A DNA stretch of 45,439 nt from Candidatus Pacearchaeota archaeon CG1_02_32_21 (GCA_001872185.1 MNVX01000021.1:1-45439), one strand, 5' to 3'; positions 8,848-18,150 are shown, counted from the first letter of the stretch. Notes: a model not told the origin generated them from the letters alone. Numbers and translations are program-made.

Positions 8848-9063
8848 TTATTCTAAATAATAAGCTCCCCCTGAAAAAGTTTTCCCACATTTTTTACAGG
8901 CCCATATACCTGCAGATTTTCGTTTAGCTGTAAGTTTATTGCAAAATGGACATTTTTGTTTTTGTTTTTGTTTTGATTCAACAGCAATAAGTTTACGTCT
9001 AACATTAGTTCCATATCCGGTCTTGTACCTACCACTTGATTTTACTTTTTTTGTTCTTGCCAT
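8848..9063 (-). CDS. rpl37ae: 50S ribosomal protein L37Ae (eL43)
   Basis: CPFC...GIWACKKCGKTFSGGAY. Confidence 0.95.
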   Translation of the reverse strand: MARTKKVKSSGRYKTGYGTNVRRKLIAVESKQKQKQKCPFCNKLTAKRKSAGIWACKKCGKTFSGGAYYLE

Positions 9064-9078
9064 ATAAAGACAACCAAG

Positions 9079-9138
9079 GTTTTCTTTATCAAACTTTCCT
9101 TTTTATAGACAAAGTTTTCTTTATCAAACTTTCCTTTT
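9079..9138. repeat. 25-bp direct repeat, period 35
   Basis: GTTTTCTTTATCAAACTTTCCTTTT at 9079-9103 and 9114-9138; similar copy at ~8791-8811. Confidence 0.8.
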
Positions 9139-9316
9139 ACGAGAAAAGGATTATCCTTAGTTATTGTTTAGTTGTTAATATTTGAAAAGGATCGTTTTTA
9201 AATTCTTTCTTTTACCTAGCTTTGATATTCCAGCTATAATTCCCGTCATAAGATCAGACAAATATAAATTCGTTTTATTTTTGCTTCTTAATTTCATTTT
9301 ATAAATATATTTGAAA

Positions 9317-9390
9317 TGGGGTCGCCCGGATTTGAACCGGGGTCACGAAGTCCCAAACCTCGGATACTAGCCAGGCTATACTACGACCCC
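9317..9390 (-). tRNA. tRNA-Pro(TGG)
   Basis: Cloverleaf GGGGTCG...CGACCCC-A, anticodon loop TTTGGGA, T-arm GGTTCAAATCC; no intron, no encoded CCA. Confidence 0.95.
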
Positions 9391-9431
9391 ATAATAAAAG
9401 GGGATTAAAGGAATTTATAAAAGTTGTTAAT

Positions 9432-10124
9432 TTACTTTTTCCCTGCCGGTTTAGTAGTTGGTTTAGCCGTTTTAGCAGGAGCTGCTGTTTTTTCAGCAAT
9501 TTCAGCAACTGGTGCTGGTGCTGTTGCTTTTTCTGCTTTAGCAGCTTCTTCTTCAGCTTTTTCCTGCTGTAGTTTAGCTTCTTGCTTTTTATGCAACTGA
9601 GAGAAAAATTCTTGTAATTCTTTTTTCTTTGCTTCAGATGTCTCTGTTTTACCTGCCTTAATTTCTTTATCATATTCTCCGTCGCTAACTTTTCCAGCAA
9701 ACTCTACAGCAGAGAGGTTTTCAATCATTATTCCCAAGCTAACACAGCTTCCAACAACAGTTTTAACTGCAGCTTTCAAATCTTTTTCCAGCATATCTGG
9801 GAGTTTTGTTTTAGCAACTTTTATTACCTGCTCTACAGAAATATTAGCAACTTGTAATTTTTTATGTTCCCCTGTTCCTTTATCAATCCCAGCTTCTTTT
9901 TTCAATAACTCCGGTACAGGTGGAGACTTTATTGAAATTGTAAATTGTTTTGTACTTACATCTATATCTAAATCAACTGGAACCTTCATTCCCTTGAAAT
10001 CTTTTGTAGCATCATTAACTTTAGAAATTACCTGTCCTATGTTTATTCCTAAAGGTCCAAGCTTCTGAGCTAGAGCTGGTCCTGGAGCCATACTTCCACC
10101 TTCAACCAATAATCCTACTTTCAT
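9432..10124 (-). CDS. rpl11: 50S ribosomal protein L11 (uL11) with Ala/Lys/Pro-rich tail
   Basis: PGPALAQKLGPLGIN, VVGSCVSLG. Confidence 0.95.
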   Translation of the reverse strand: MKVGLLVEGGSMAPGPALAQKLGPLGINIGQVISKVNDATKDFKGMKVPVDLDIDVSTKQFTISIKSPPVPELLKKEAGIDKGTGEHKKLQVANISVEQVIKVAKTKLPDMLEKDLKAAVKTVVGSCVSLGIMIENLSAVEFAGKVSDGEYDKEIKAGKTETSEAKKKELQEFFSQLHKKQEAKLQQEKAEEEAAKAEKATAPAPVAEIAEKTAAPAKTAKPTTKPAGKK

Positions 10125-10594
10125 TTCATTTCCTCGTCTGAATTTTCTTCTTGTTCGTTTCCTCTTCGGATAACTTTAACATTTTCTATCTTGATAGTAA
10201 CTGGGATCTGTACAACAGCTCCAAGCAGACTAACTACTACTTCTCCTTTCTGTTTGTCTATTCTTAAAACTTTTGCTTTTTCTTTTTTGAAAGGCTCAGT
10301 TAAGATCTCTATAATGTCATCTTGTTCAATACTAACTGTTTCAATATTATGTTCAACCATATTTTTTACTTCTTCATAAGAAATAGTTTTTCCAATTATT
10401 CCTTTAACATAAGGCAGTCCAAAACAAGCTTCTTCTGCACTTTCACGATCTTCACTTTCTAGAATTATATATCCTCTAAGTCCTTTTGGCTTTGCAATTG
10501 CATAAATGTTAATGCCTTTTCTTAGTATAGTGCTTGCTATAACATCTAATGCTCTTTCTTCTTTGTTTGTTGTTACTTTTACGACGAAAATCAT
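10121..10594 (-). CDS. spt5: Transcription elongation factor Spt5/NusG
   Basis: NGN domain (LRGYIILE) plus KOW (EPFKKEKAKV). Confidence 0.93.
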   Translation of the reverse strand: MIFVVKVTTNKEERALDVIASTILRKGINIYAIAKPKGLRGYIILESEDRESAEEACFGLPYVKGIIGKTISYEEVKNMVEHNIETVSIEQDDIIEILTEPFKKEKAKVLRIDKQKGEVVVSLLGAVVQIPVTIKIENVKVIRRGNEQEENSDEEMK

Positions 10595-10614
10595 TTTATT
10601 TTATTTAACCGTTC

Positions 10615-10650
10615 TACCGCTACCTCTTAATATTTAAAGAAGCAGTGGTA
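10615..10650 (-). promoter_or_regulatory. Hairpin upstream of spt5-rpl11
   Basis: 14-bp stem TACCACTGCTTCTT/AAGAGGTAGCGGTA with 2 G-U and 1 mismatch on the minus strand. Confidence 0.45.
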
Positions 10651-10688
10651 ATATTTAAAATAAGGGGTTTATTAAGTTTTCTATATGT

Positions 10689-11231
10689 TTATGCAGCAAA
10701 AACAACTGCGGCAATAGTTGTTGTCCATAAACCGTCTTTATTCCCTTCAGCAGTCTGAGTTATATTCGTTGTTTTGAATATATGCCCGCTTGCCTTGTAT
10801 ATCTGCTCTCTTTCTTCCCATGCAGTATCTGGGTCAAATTCTATTCCAAGAGTTGTTGCAAGCATTGTGGCTGCTAAATCTTCAGCATAATCTCCTGATT
10901 TCTTAGCATTCTCCCCATATCCATGATGTTCTGAAATATATCCGTATTGGTTTTCATTTTTTGGAACTGCAATACCTACTGAAGAAAAAATTAATCTGTT
11001 TGGTTCATTTGTTTCGCTACGAGCCATAACACAAAATGTTACCTGTCCAGGACTTAGTAATTTAATTCCTTCCTCTTTAGGAACTATTTTAACTTTTGGA
11101 GGAAGTATACTTGAAACATAGACTAAGTTGCATTTTTCTATACCTGCATTTCTTAGTGCTAATTCAAAAGAAGCTAATTTGTCTTTATGGACTCCTACTC
11201 CTTTTGTAAAAAATATTTTTTTAGGGATCAT
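10689..11231 (-). CDS. pdaD: Pyruvoyl-dependent arginine decarboxylase
   Basis: [24 protein letters not shown] self-cleavage motif. Confidence 0.92.
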   Translation of the reverse strand: MIPKKIFFTKGVGVHKDKLASFELALRNAGIEKCNLVYVSSILPPKVKIVPKEEGIKLLSPGQVTFCVMARSETNEPNRLIFSSVGIAVPKNENQYGYISEHHGYGENAKKSGDYAEDLAATMLATTLGIEFDPDTAWEEREQIYKASGHIFKTTNITQTAEGNKDGLWTTTIAAVVFAA

Positions 11232-11398
11232 TTCAAAAAAAACCGTATTATTGTAGCAATTATAAAACCAACAAGCCCAATGATCAGTATTCCTACAGCT
11301 GAAACTTTAGCAATAGTTAAAAATTCTTCTCTCGACGGTTTTCTTAATACTTTCCAAACTCTTACACATTTACTAAAAAATACTTTTGGCGATTCCAT
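11228..11398 (-). CDS. secE: Protein translocase SecE/Sec61-gamma
   Basis: Not in track; [14 protein letters not shown] plus TM helix, directly after ftsZ. Confidence 0.93.
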   Translation of the reverse strand: MESPKVFFSKCVRVWKVLRKPSREEFLTIAKVSAVGILIIGLVGFIIATIIRFFLK

Positions 11399-11436
11399 AC
11401 TTTGAATAATTAGAATGTGTTTTTAAAGGTTTTTAA

Positions 11437-12555
11437 TTACCTGAAGAATTCAATTCCAAGCTCATCTGAAAGCTCACCCTGATTTCTTTCTTCTAATGAA
11501 CGTTTTGGATTGCCGAGTATCTGCTGACTTTTAACTCCAGTAACTATTAACATAACCCTAAGTGTCTTCTCCATGTCTGGAGCAATTTGAGCTCCCCAAA
11601 TTAATCTTGCTTGATCTCCAAGATGTTTATTGATTTCTTCTATAACTACTTTGGCTTCATCTAAACTCATATCTGGTCCACCGACAATATTAACAAGTGC
11701 ACCTGAAGCATTTGTAACGTCAACATCGAGCAAAGGATTGTTTAGCGCCTTTTCAACAGCTTCGTAAGATCTGTTTTCTGTATCAGATTCTCCGCTGCCT
11801 ATAAGAGAAACGCCTCCATTTTGCATGACTGTTCTAACATCTGCAAAATCTAAGTTAACAAGACCTGCTTTTGTAACAAGTTCTGCAATTCCTTTCACAG
11901 CATTTGTAAGAATTTCGTCTGCAACTTTAAAAGCTGTTTGCAAAGGCAAGTCTGGAGCAATTTCTAATAGTTTATCATTTGGAATAACTATTAATGTGTC
12001 AACAATACTTTCCATTTTTTCCAGACCATTGTTTGCATTTTCCAGCCTTTTAGCCCCTTCTATTGTAAATGGCATTGTAACAATACCTATAACTAAAGCT
12101 CCTTGTTTTTTAGCAAGGTCTGCAATTACAGGGGCTGCTCCAGTTCCTGTCCCTCCACCTAAGCCGCATGTAATAAAAACCATATCTGCTCCAGAAATTT
12201 TTTGTTTTATTTCATGTTCTGTTTCTTTCGCAGCTTCTTCACCAACGCCAGGGTTACTTCCAGCACCAAGTCCTTTTGTTAATTCTTTACCAATTAATAT
12301 TTTTTTGTCAGCATTAGCATATAACAGGTCCTGAGCATCTGTATTAACTGCAATCATTTCTCCTCCTTTAATTCCTATTTCATACATTCTAGAAAGAGTG
12401 TTATTTCCTCCTCCACCTACTCCTATTACTTTAATCTTAGCTGTTTGCTTTTTAATCAGCTCTTCTAATTCACGATCTATTTCAAGAAGTTCTGAATCAA
12501 TAATAGAAGACGGATCCCTCACAGGAAAACCTTCTTTTTCATATATTGCGGACAT
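11437..12555 (-). CDS. ftsZ: Cell division protein FtsZ
   Basis: GGGTGTG tubulin signature, NLDFAD. Confidence 0.98.
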   Translation of the reverse strand: MSAIYEKEGFPVRDPSSIIDSELLEIDRELEELIKKQTAKIKVIGVGGGGNNTLSRMYEIGIKGGEMIAVNTDAQDLLYANADKKILIGKELTKGLGAGSNPGVGEEAAKETEHEIKQKISGADMVFITCGLGGGTGTGAAPVIADLAKKQGALVIGIVTMPFTIEGAKRLENANNGLEKMESIVDTLIVIPNDKLLEIAPDLPLQTAFKVADEILTNAVKGIAELVTKAGLVNLDFADVRTVMQNGGVSLIGSGESDTENRSYEAVEKALNNPLLDVDVTNASGALVNIVGGPDMSLDEAKVVIEEINKHLGDQARLIWGAQIAPDMEKTLRVMLIVTGVKSQQILGNPKRSLEERNQGELSDELGIEFFR

Positions 12556-12653
12556 ATAACAAAAAGTCTAAGATAATTTATAAGGTTTGTTATAGTCAAG
12601 GATAGCTTTAGCTATTTGCTTAAATTTATAAATTAGTATTTCTTGATAAATAA

Positions 12654-13328
12654 ATGGAACTAAAAAATAAGGTGATAGTTATAACTGGGGGAAATACAGG
12701 CATAGGAAAAGAGACAGCATATAAATTTGCTGAAGAGAAGTGTAAATTAGTCGTTACATATTATCAGTATAAAAAAGAAGCGCTGGAAGTTAAAAAAAAA
12801 TGCTATGAATTAGGAGCTAAAGATGTTTATATTACATATCTTAATTTAAGAAAAGAATCAGATATTAAGAGAGTTGTAAAAGAAACTGTTAAAAAATTTG
12901 GAAAAATTGATATCTTGGTCAATAATGCAGGCATGCTTATTTGGAAAAGTTTTAAGGGACAAAGTTTTAAGGAAATTAGCGAACAAGTTGAAACTAATTT
13001 AATTGGCCCTATAAAAATGACAAATGAAGCTCTTCCAAATATTAAAGAAAAGATAATCAATATTGCCAGCATGGCTGGAATTAAGGGATATGCTGGAGCA
13101 ACGCCTTATTGCGCAACAAAATTTGGAGTCAGAGGTTTTACTAAGGCTCTTGCACTTGAATTAAATAAGATCAAGGTTTATAGTGTTAATCCTGGAGCAA
13201 CTTCAACTAGAATGACAAACTTTAAAGGGATACCTCCAAGCAAAGTAGCCCAATTAGTCTGCGATGTAGTTAAGGATAAGTATAAACTAAAATCTGGAAG
13301 TGATTTTAACGTAGGAGATTATGTTTAG
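12654..13328 (+). CDS. Short-chain dehydrogenase/reductase
   Basis: TGGNTGIG, NNAG, YCATK. Confidence 0.92.
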   Translation: MELKNKVIVITGGNTGIGKETAYKFAEEKCKLVVTYYQYKKEALEVKKKCYELGAKDVYITYLNLRKESDIKRVVKETVKKFGKIDILVNNAGMLIWKSFKGQSFKEISEQVETNLIGPIKMTNEALPNIKEKIINIASMAGIKGYAGATPYCATKFGVRGFTKALALELNKIKVYSVNPGATSTRMTNFKGIPPSKVAQLVCDVVKDKYKLKSGSDFNVGDYV

Positions 13329-13332
13329 ACAG

Positions 13333-13965
13333 TTATTTCTTCAATTCAAACTCTAAGTTAATTATTGATTTGAATTTGTTATTAAGTATTGCAATAATTG
13401 GAGAAAAGGCTTCTTCAATCTCAAGAAGTATTTTTGTGTCTTTTAGGTCAAATTTAACATCTTTTCTAATGAAATAGTCTGTAATTGCCTGAATTTTTTC
13501 ATTTATATCGTCTACCTTACGCTTTATTGTAAATTCATAACTAACTATTTTTCCAGATAATGGATTGTTAAAGTCAACTAGCACTCTCCCTCCTGAAACA
13601 CTTACAATCTTAACAAGCATGTTATCTAAAGCAAGAGTCATGCCTTGTTTAGGAAGTATTTTTTGTTGTGTAAAAACACTTAATGGAATTAACCTGACCA
13701 AAGAGCTTTTTCTTTCCTGAAATGCCTCACTAGGAAGCAAATCGACTGAAGAAGTTTTTCCAATTTCTTTTCCATTGAGTGATTTGTCAAGTCCTTTAAT
13801 AACCATCTCCTGCCCGATACATAAAATAAATGGCTTGTCGTCAATTTTTAGTCCGATTTTCTTAGCTTCTTCTGAAATATTTGTATCAAAAACCTCTCCA
13901 TTTTTAACTTTTCCTATAAATTCTAATTCAATAAAGTCATTCTTTTTTACTTTTTCCATTGCCAT
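13333..13965 (-). CDS. FKBP-type peptidyl-prolyl isomerase (archaeal SlyD-like)
   Basis: GEVFDT, VDFNNPLSGK. Confidence 0.88.
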   Translation of the reverse strand: MAMEKVKKNDFIELEFIGKVKNGEVFDTNISEEAKKIGLKIDDKPFILCIGQEMVIKGLDKSLNGKEIGKTSSVDLLPSEAFQERKSSLVRLIPLSVFTQQKILPKQGMTLALDNMLVKIVSVSGGRVLVDFNNPLSGKIVSYEFTIKRKVDDINEKIQAITDYFIRKDVKFDLKDTKILLEIEEAFSPIIAILNNKFKSIINLEFELKK

Positions 13966-13986
13966 GAAGAAAGAATTAAGGTAAGG

Positions 13987-13994
13987 TTTATAAA
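13987..13994. promoter_or_regulatory. Palindromic TATA box shared by divergent genes
   Basis: TTTATAAA lies 21 nt from both ATGs (13965 minus, 14016 plus). Confidence 0.6.
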
Positions 13995-14015
13995 TCTATT
14001 TTTCTGAAGTTAATT

Positions 14016-14411
14016 ATGGCTTTTAAGATAATTGATGCTACAATGGCAAAGATTGGTACAACAATTATGATTGAAAATGAACCCTGCACTGTAAGAAGTT
14101 TTGATGTAAGTAAAACTGGAAAACATGGTCATGCAAAGGTAAGGATTGAAGCTGTTGGAGTTTTTGATGGTAAAAAAAGAGTTATCGTAAGACCAGGGCA
14201 TGAAAGATTTGAAGTTCCTATGATAGATAAAAGGAAAGCTCAGGTTCTATCTATCAATGGCAATCATGCAAGTGTGATGGACCTTGAAAGTTTTGAAACT
14301 TTAGATCTGATTATACCAGATGAAGACGAACTGAAGTCTGAAATAAAAGAAGAGTCTTATGTAGAGTACTGGGAAGTTGAAGGTAAAAAAGCGATAAAGA
14401 GGTTGGTATAA
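14016..14411 (+). CDS. eif5a: Translation factor aIF5A
   Basis: SKTGKHGHAK hypusine motif. Confidence 0.97.
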   Translation: MAFKIIDATMAKIGTTIMIENEPCTVRSFDVSKTGKHGHAKVRIEAVGVFDGKKRVIVRPGHERFEVPMIDKRKAQVLSINGNHASVMDLESFETLDLIIPDEDELKSEIKEESYVEYWEVEGKKAIKRLV

Positions 14412-14412
14412 A

Positions 14413-14574
14413 ATGGCAAAATTACAAGCAGCTCAAAATAGACTTTATAAAAACTTATTTTTATGCAAGAATTGCGGAGCCAAAATTAAGGTTGACCCAA
14501 AAAAAATACTTGAAGGAAAAATTAAGTGCAGAAGATGTAAAAAAAAGAAGTTTAGGGCTCACAAGAAAAAATAA
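14413..14574 (+). CDS. rpl40e: 50S ribosomal protein L40e-like
   Basis: Not in track; CKNCGAK...KCRRCKKKKFR, 53 aa. Confidence 0.75.
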   Translation: MAKLQAAQNRLYKNLFLCKNCGAKIKVDPKKILEGKIKCRRCKKKKFRAHKKK

Positions 14575-14575
14575 G

Positions 14576-16063
14576 ATGGGATTTTTAACAGGATTTGTAT
14601 TCTATGATTTGGCATTACTAGTTATTTTCATAATTTTAAGTATTTATTTTTTGCATAAAAACAGAGCTAGTTTAGAGAAACAGGGCATTATGTACCTGTA
14701 CAAAGCAAAATGGGGAATAAAATTAATACATTATGTTGGAAAGAAGTATAAAAAAACACTTGGAATTTTCAGTTATGTCTCAGTAATTGTTGGCTATGCT
14801 TTGATGATATGTATGATTTTTCTTTTTGCACAGGCTATTTATGTTTACGTCCGCTTTCCACAAGTAACAGAAATTGTTAAAGCTCCCCCTATTGTACCTG
14901 TTATTCCTTACTTTACAAATATATTTGGGTTAGAAAGCTTTTTCCCTACATTTTATTTCACCTATTTTATAATTGCTGTTTCATTTGTAGCAATAGTTCA
15001 CGAGTTCTCACACGGAATATTTGCAAGTTATAACAAAATAAAAATCAAAACTACAGGCCTTGCATTTCTCGGGCCTATTCTTGGCGCTTTTGTAGAGCCT
15101 GACGAGAAAAAAATGGAGAAGAAATCTATTTTCAGCCAGTTAAGCATTTTATCTGCAGGAGTGCTAGCAAACCTGATATCTGCAGGAATATTTTATTTGA
15201 TTTTAGCTTTATTTTTTATTAACTTTTTCACACCAGCAGGAGTTTATTTTACAGGCTATGCCTCTGGGGTTGTAAACTCATCTGTAATTACAAGCATAGA
15301 CGGTATACCTATACAAGGTTTGGATAATGAATCTGTTCTTGCAATGATTGAAGAAAACAATATTGGAGATGAACAAATCGGAAGTTTTAATCTTACTGAA
15401 GTAGCAATTGGCAATCAAAGCGCATTAATTCCCGTTAAGAACCTAAAAGTTATTTTTTCTGATAACCAAAGGGCAGTAGTCTTGCTAAATTCTCCTGCAA
15501 TTAAATCAGGATTTCCAAATGTTGACCCCATACATAAAGCAGCAATTGTCGAGATAAACGAAGTAAAGATAAAAAGCTACCAGCAGTTAAGCAATGAAAT
15601 TTTAAAGCATTCTCCTGGAGAAAATATCAGCCTTAAAGTAAAGTACAACAAAGAAGAAAAGATTTATAATTTAACCCTAGAAGAACATCCTAATAATCCG
15701 AAGATAGGGTATATTGGCATAACATCTCAAACAACGAGCAATGGGTTTACTGGTAGGATACTGAGCAAAATAAATTTTTATAAGGATCCTTATGTAAATT
15801 ACGAGCCTGTAGGTTATTCAACTTTAGTTATATTAATACATGACTTCTTATGGTGGATAGCTTTAATCAACTTACTTGTTGCTTTATTCAATATGCTGCC
15901 ATTAGGAATTTTAGACGGGGGAAGATTTTTTTATCTCACTATTCTTTCAATAACAAAATCTGATAAAGTTGCAAAGATAATTTCTTCTGCAGCAACTTAC
16001 ATTATTTTATCATTATTAGCGCTTATAATGTTGATTTGGTTCTTTCAGGTTTTTGTACTTTAA
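14576..16063 (+). CDS. Site-2 (M50) membrane metalloprotease with PDZ-like insert
   Basis: HEFSH, GAFVEP, NMLPLGILDGG; start moved to ATG 14576. Confidence 0.92.
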   Translation: MGFLTGFVFYDLALLVIFIILSIYFLHKNRASLEKQGIMYLYKAKWGIKLIHYVGKKYKKTLGIFSYVSVIVGYALMICMIFLFAQAIYVYVRFPQVTEIVKAPPIVPVIPYFTNIFGLESFFPTFYFTYFIIAVSFVAIVHEFSHGIFASYNKIKIKTTGLAFLGPILGAFVEPDEKKMEKKSIFSQLSILSAGVLANLISAGIFYLILALFFINFFTPAGVYFTGYASGVVNSSVITSIDGIPIQGLDNESVLAMIEENNIGDEQIGSFNLTEVAIGNQSALIPVKNLKVIFSDNQRAVVLLNSPAIKSGFPNVDPIHKAAIVEINEVKIKSYQQLSNEILKHSPGENISLKVKYNKEEKIYNLTLEEHPNNPKIGYIGITSQTTSNGFTGRILSKINFYKDPYVNYEPVGYSTLVILIHDFLWWIALINLLVALFNMLPLGILDGGRFFYLTILSITKSDKVAKIISSAATYIILSLLALIMLIWFFQVFVL

Positions 16064-16187
16064 TTTCTCGTCGGTAAAATTTTATTAGAAATAAAGAAAA
16101 ATTGTGAAATTCCAAAAAAATAGAAAGGTATATAAATGATTTTTCATTATTTTAATTAATAAAAGTAAAGAAAAGAGGTAATAACAC

Positions 16188-16229
16188 ATGGCAAAGAAAA
16201 AAGCTGCAAAGAAGAAAAAAAGAAGATAA
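16188..16229 (+). CDS. 13-aa Lys/Arg-rich micropeptide MAKKKAAKKKKRR
   Basis: Own BRE/TATA (GAAAGGTATATAAA 16123-16136), SD GAGGT 8 nt before ATG, T-rich tract after stop. Confidence 0.6.
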   Translation: MAKKKAAKKKKRR

Positions 16230-16294
16230 TTTTTCTTTTATAAAAATTTCTTTATTTTTTTAAATGATTTGATCTATTTCTTTTTTATTTTTAT

Positions 16295-16645
16295 TTACAA
16301 ATAAACAATTCCGTCTTTTGTCAATGCGACAAATCGAATTCCTACAGGTTCAGACAATAGTGCAGATATTAAGGCCATGTGCTCTTTACCATCACCAGAA
16401 GCTATACTTAATGCTACTTCAGTTCCATTAATTTTTCCCTTTAGCTTGCTTGATATCTCTTTTTTTAATTCAACTAACTTTTTATCCAAGTCTACTTTAA
16501 TAAATTCAAATTTTATTTCTGAAGTAAACTCTTTTGCAAACTCTCCGCCAATTAAAATTGTTTTATCCCATTCACCATGCTTCATCAATCCAGAAACTTG
16601 CCCCCATGTTCCTTTTCCAGAACTTAATAATGCCACTAATTCCAT
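16295..16645 (-). CDS. Hypothetical protein (116 aa)
   Basis: MELVALLSSGKGTWGQV...; start moved to ATG 16645. Confidence 0.75.
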   Translation of the reverse strand: MELVALLSSGKGTWGQVSGLMKHGEWDKTILIGGEFAKEFTSEIKFEFIKVDLDKKLVELKKEISSKLKGKINGTEVALSIASGDGKEHMALISALLSEPVGIRFVALTKDGIVYL

Positions 16646-16666
16646 AACAGATGTAAAAAGAGTAGA

Positions 16667-16674
16667 TTTATAAG
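16667..16674. promoter_or_regulatory. TATA box shared by divergent genes
   Basis: TTTATAAG lies 21 nt from both ATGs (16645 minus, 16696 plus). Confidence 0.55.
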
Positions 16675-16695
16675 TTTTTATTTCATTTTTTATAT

Positions 16696-17142
16696 ATGCC
16701 AAAAGACAGTGCAATTAATGAAATAACTCTAAGAAAGTATGAAAAACCTTATTCTACAGACAAAAGGCAACTTATAAAAAAAATTTGTTTGTCACTTGGA
16801 CTACTACAGCCGGGAGATGGCAGAGATATAATTGTCGATATTTTGCTTGTACTTGTAGAAGAACAAAAAAACAAAAATAAGCTTGATTCTGAGGAGATAA
16901 GAAAGAGAGTTGGGGAAATAAGAAAGGAACATAATCTTGAGTTAAAAGGACTAGCTGAGAGCAACATAAGACGGCAGCTAAAAAGACTCAGGGATTTGAT
17001 GATAATTGAGAAGAATAATAATTTGTATCATCTAAGTGAGTTTGAATCCTTACAAGAAATTTTTGACAATAAAATTCAGAAGTTTATAATTGACCCGAGT
17101 ATTCAAAGGGTAAGAGAGTATCTTAATGAGCTGGAGAAATGA
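16696..17142 (+). CDS. Winged-helix putative transcriptional regulator
   Basis: LAESNIRRQLKRLRDLMIIEKNNNLYHL wHTH pattern. Confidence 0.75.
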   Translation: MPKDSAINEITLRKYEKPYSTDKRQLIKKICLSLGLLQPGDGRDIIVDILLVLVEEQKNKNKLDSEEIRKRVGEIRKEHNLELKGLAESNIRRQLKRLRDLMIIEKNNNLYHLSEFESLQEIFDNKIQKFIIDPSIQRVREYLNELEK

Positions 17143-17156
17143 ATGGTTGGAGGTGA

Positions 17157-17357
17157 TTAATTTATCTTCTTCTTAAATTTTTCTTTAATTAAAGGCATTG
17201 TTCTTGTTAGTATAATTACAATAACTAACAAAATAAAAACTGTAAAGACTGGGTAAGATAAATCTATCGGATAATCTACTTCCATAAAAGACATAGTTAA
17301 GAATACTAACCCTAAAATAACAATCCACCATAATATTCTTTCAACTCTTGTAATCAT
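17157..17357 (-). CDS. Small 2-TM membrane protein
   Basis: Two hydrophobic segments and a basic tail. Confidence 0.6.
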   Translation of the reverse strand: MITRVERILWWIVILGLVFLTMSFMEVDYPIDLSYPVFTVFILLVIVIILTRTMPLIKEKFKKKIN

Positions 17358-17467
17358 AATAATTGCTATATCTATGTAATTTTAAACTTTTCTTACTAGG
17401 TAATTTATGCACCAAAGAAAACTCATAAAAACATTTATAAACCGCTTCAGTTAATTAAAATCACCAA

Positions 17468-17514
17468 ACTACATCGCTTTAATCCATGTTCTGGATTGTT
17501 AGCGCATAGGTAGT
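17468..17514 (+). promoter_or_regulatory. Structured 5' leader of rpl1-rpl10-rpl12
   Basis: Nested stems ACTAC/GTAGT, CGCT/AGCG, AATCCA/TGGATT between TATA (~17434-17441) and ATG 17526. Confidence 0.5.
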
Positions 17515-17525
17515 AGGTATTTAAA

Positions 17526-18149
17526 ATGGAAATGTTAAAATTAGAACAGGCTGTAGAACTCCTAAGAAAAGATAAGGAGAGAAAATTTAATCAAAGTATT
17601 GACTTAATTGTTAATCTTAGAAAATTTGACTTGAAAAAAACGCAAATTAATACTTTTGTTAGCATTCCACATAAGATAAAAGATAAAAAAGTTTGTGGAT
17701 TTATAGAATCAAAAAGCTCTATTATTAATACAATCCAAAAATCACAATTTCCGATTTATAAAGATAAAAAGAAAGTAAAAAAACTTGTTAAGGAATATGA
17801 TTTCTTTATAGCTTCAGCACCTAACATGCCCTTAGTAGCCACAACTTTTGGTAGAGTTTTAGGGCCAGCTGGAAAAATGCCTTCTCCAAAATTAGGAATT
17901 TTAGTTGATGATAGTGAAAAAAATGTGAAAGAGTTAGTTGAAAGAATAAATAAAACAATAAGGGTACAGACAAAAGAGCCTTCTATTAAGGTTTCAATTG
18001 GAAAATTAAGCATGAAAGATAGTGAGTTAATAGAAAATGCTACTCAGGTTTATAACTCTATTTTAAACGAACTTCCAAACAATAAAGATAACATTAAGTC
18101 AGTGATGATAAAAAGCACAATGAGCAAATCTTTGAGAGTTGAAATGTAA
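17526..18149 (+). CDS. rpl1: 50S ribosomal protein L1 (uL1)
   Basis: RKFNQSIDL, GRVLGPAGKMP. Confidence 0.95.
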   Translation: MEMLKLEQAVELLRKDKERKFNQSIDLIVNLRKFDLKKTQINTFVSIPHKIKDKKVCGFIESKSSIINTIQKSQFPIYKDKKKVKKLVKEYDFFIASAPNMPLVATTFGRVLGPAGKMPSPKLGILVDDSEKNVKELVERINKTIRVQTKEPSIKVSIGKLSMKDSELIENATQVYNSILNELPNNKDNIKSVMIKSTMSKSLRVEM

Positions 18150-18150
18150 A

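Noticed and set aside
9079..9138. Direct repeats as a CRISPR array (also 39614-39691)
   Set aside because: Only two units, spacers too short, no cas genes in window.
9195..9300. 32-codon minus-strand ORF below tRNA-Pro
   Set aside because: No motif, SD or coupling support.
9317..9390. tRNA-Pro as attachment site of the integrated element
   Set aside because: 3.6 kb from the integrase with core genes between; no duplicated tRNA fragment seen.
9299..9700. 133-aa ORF
   Set aside because: Alternative frame of rpl11 running through tRNA-Pro.
14492..14575. N-terminal extension of the M50 protease
   Set aside because: Overlaps the eL40-like gene; ATG 14576 is the better start.
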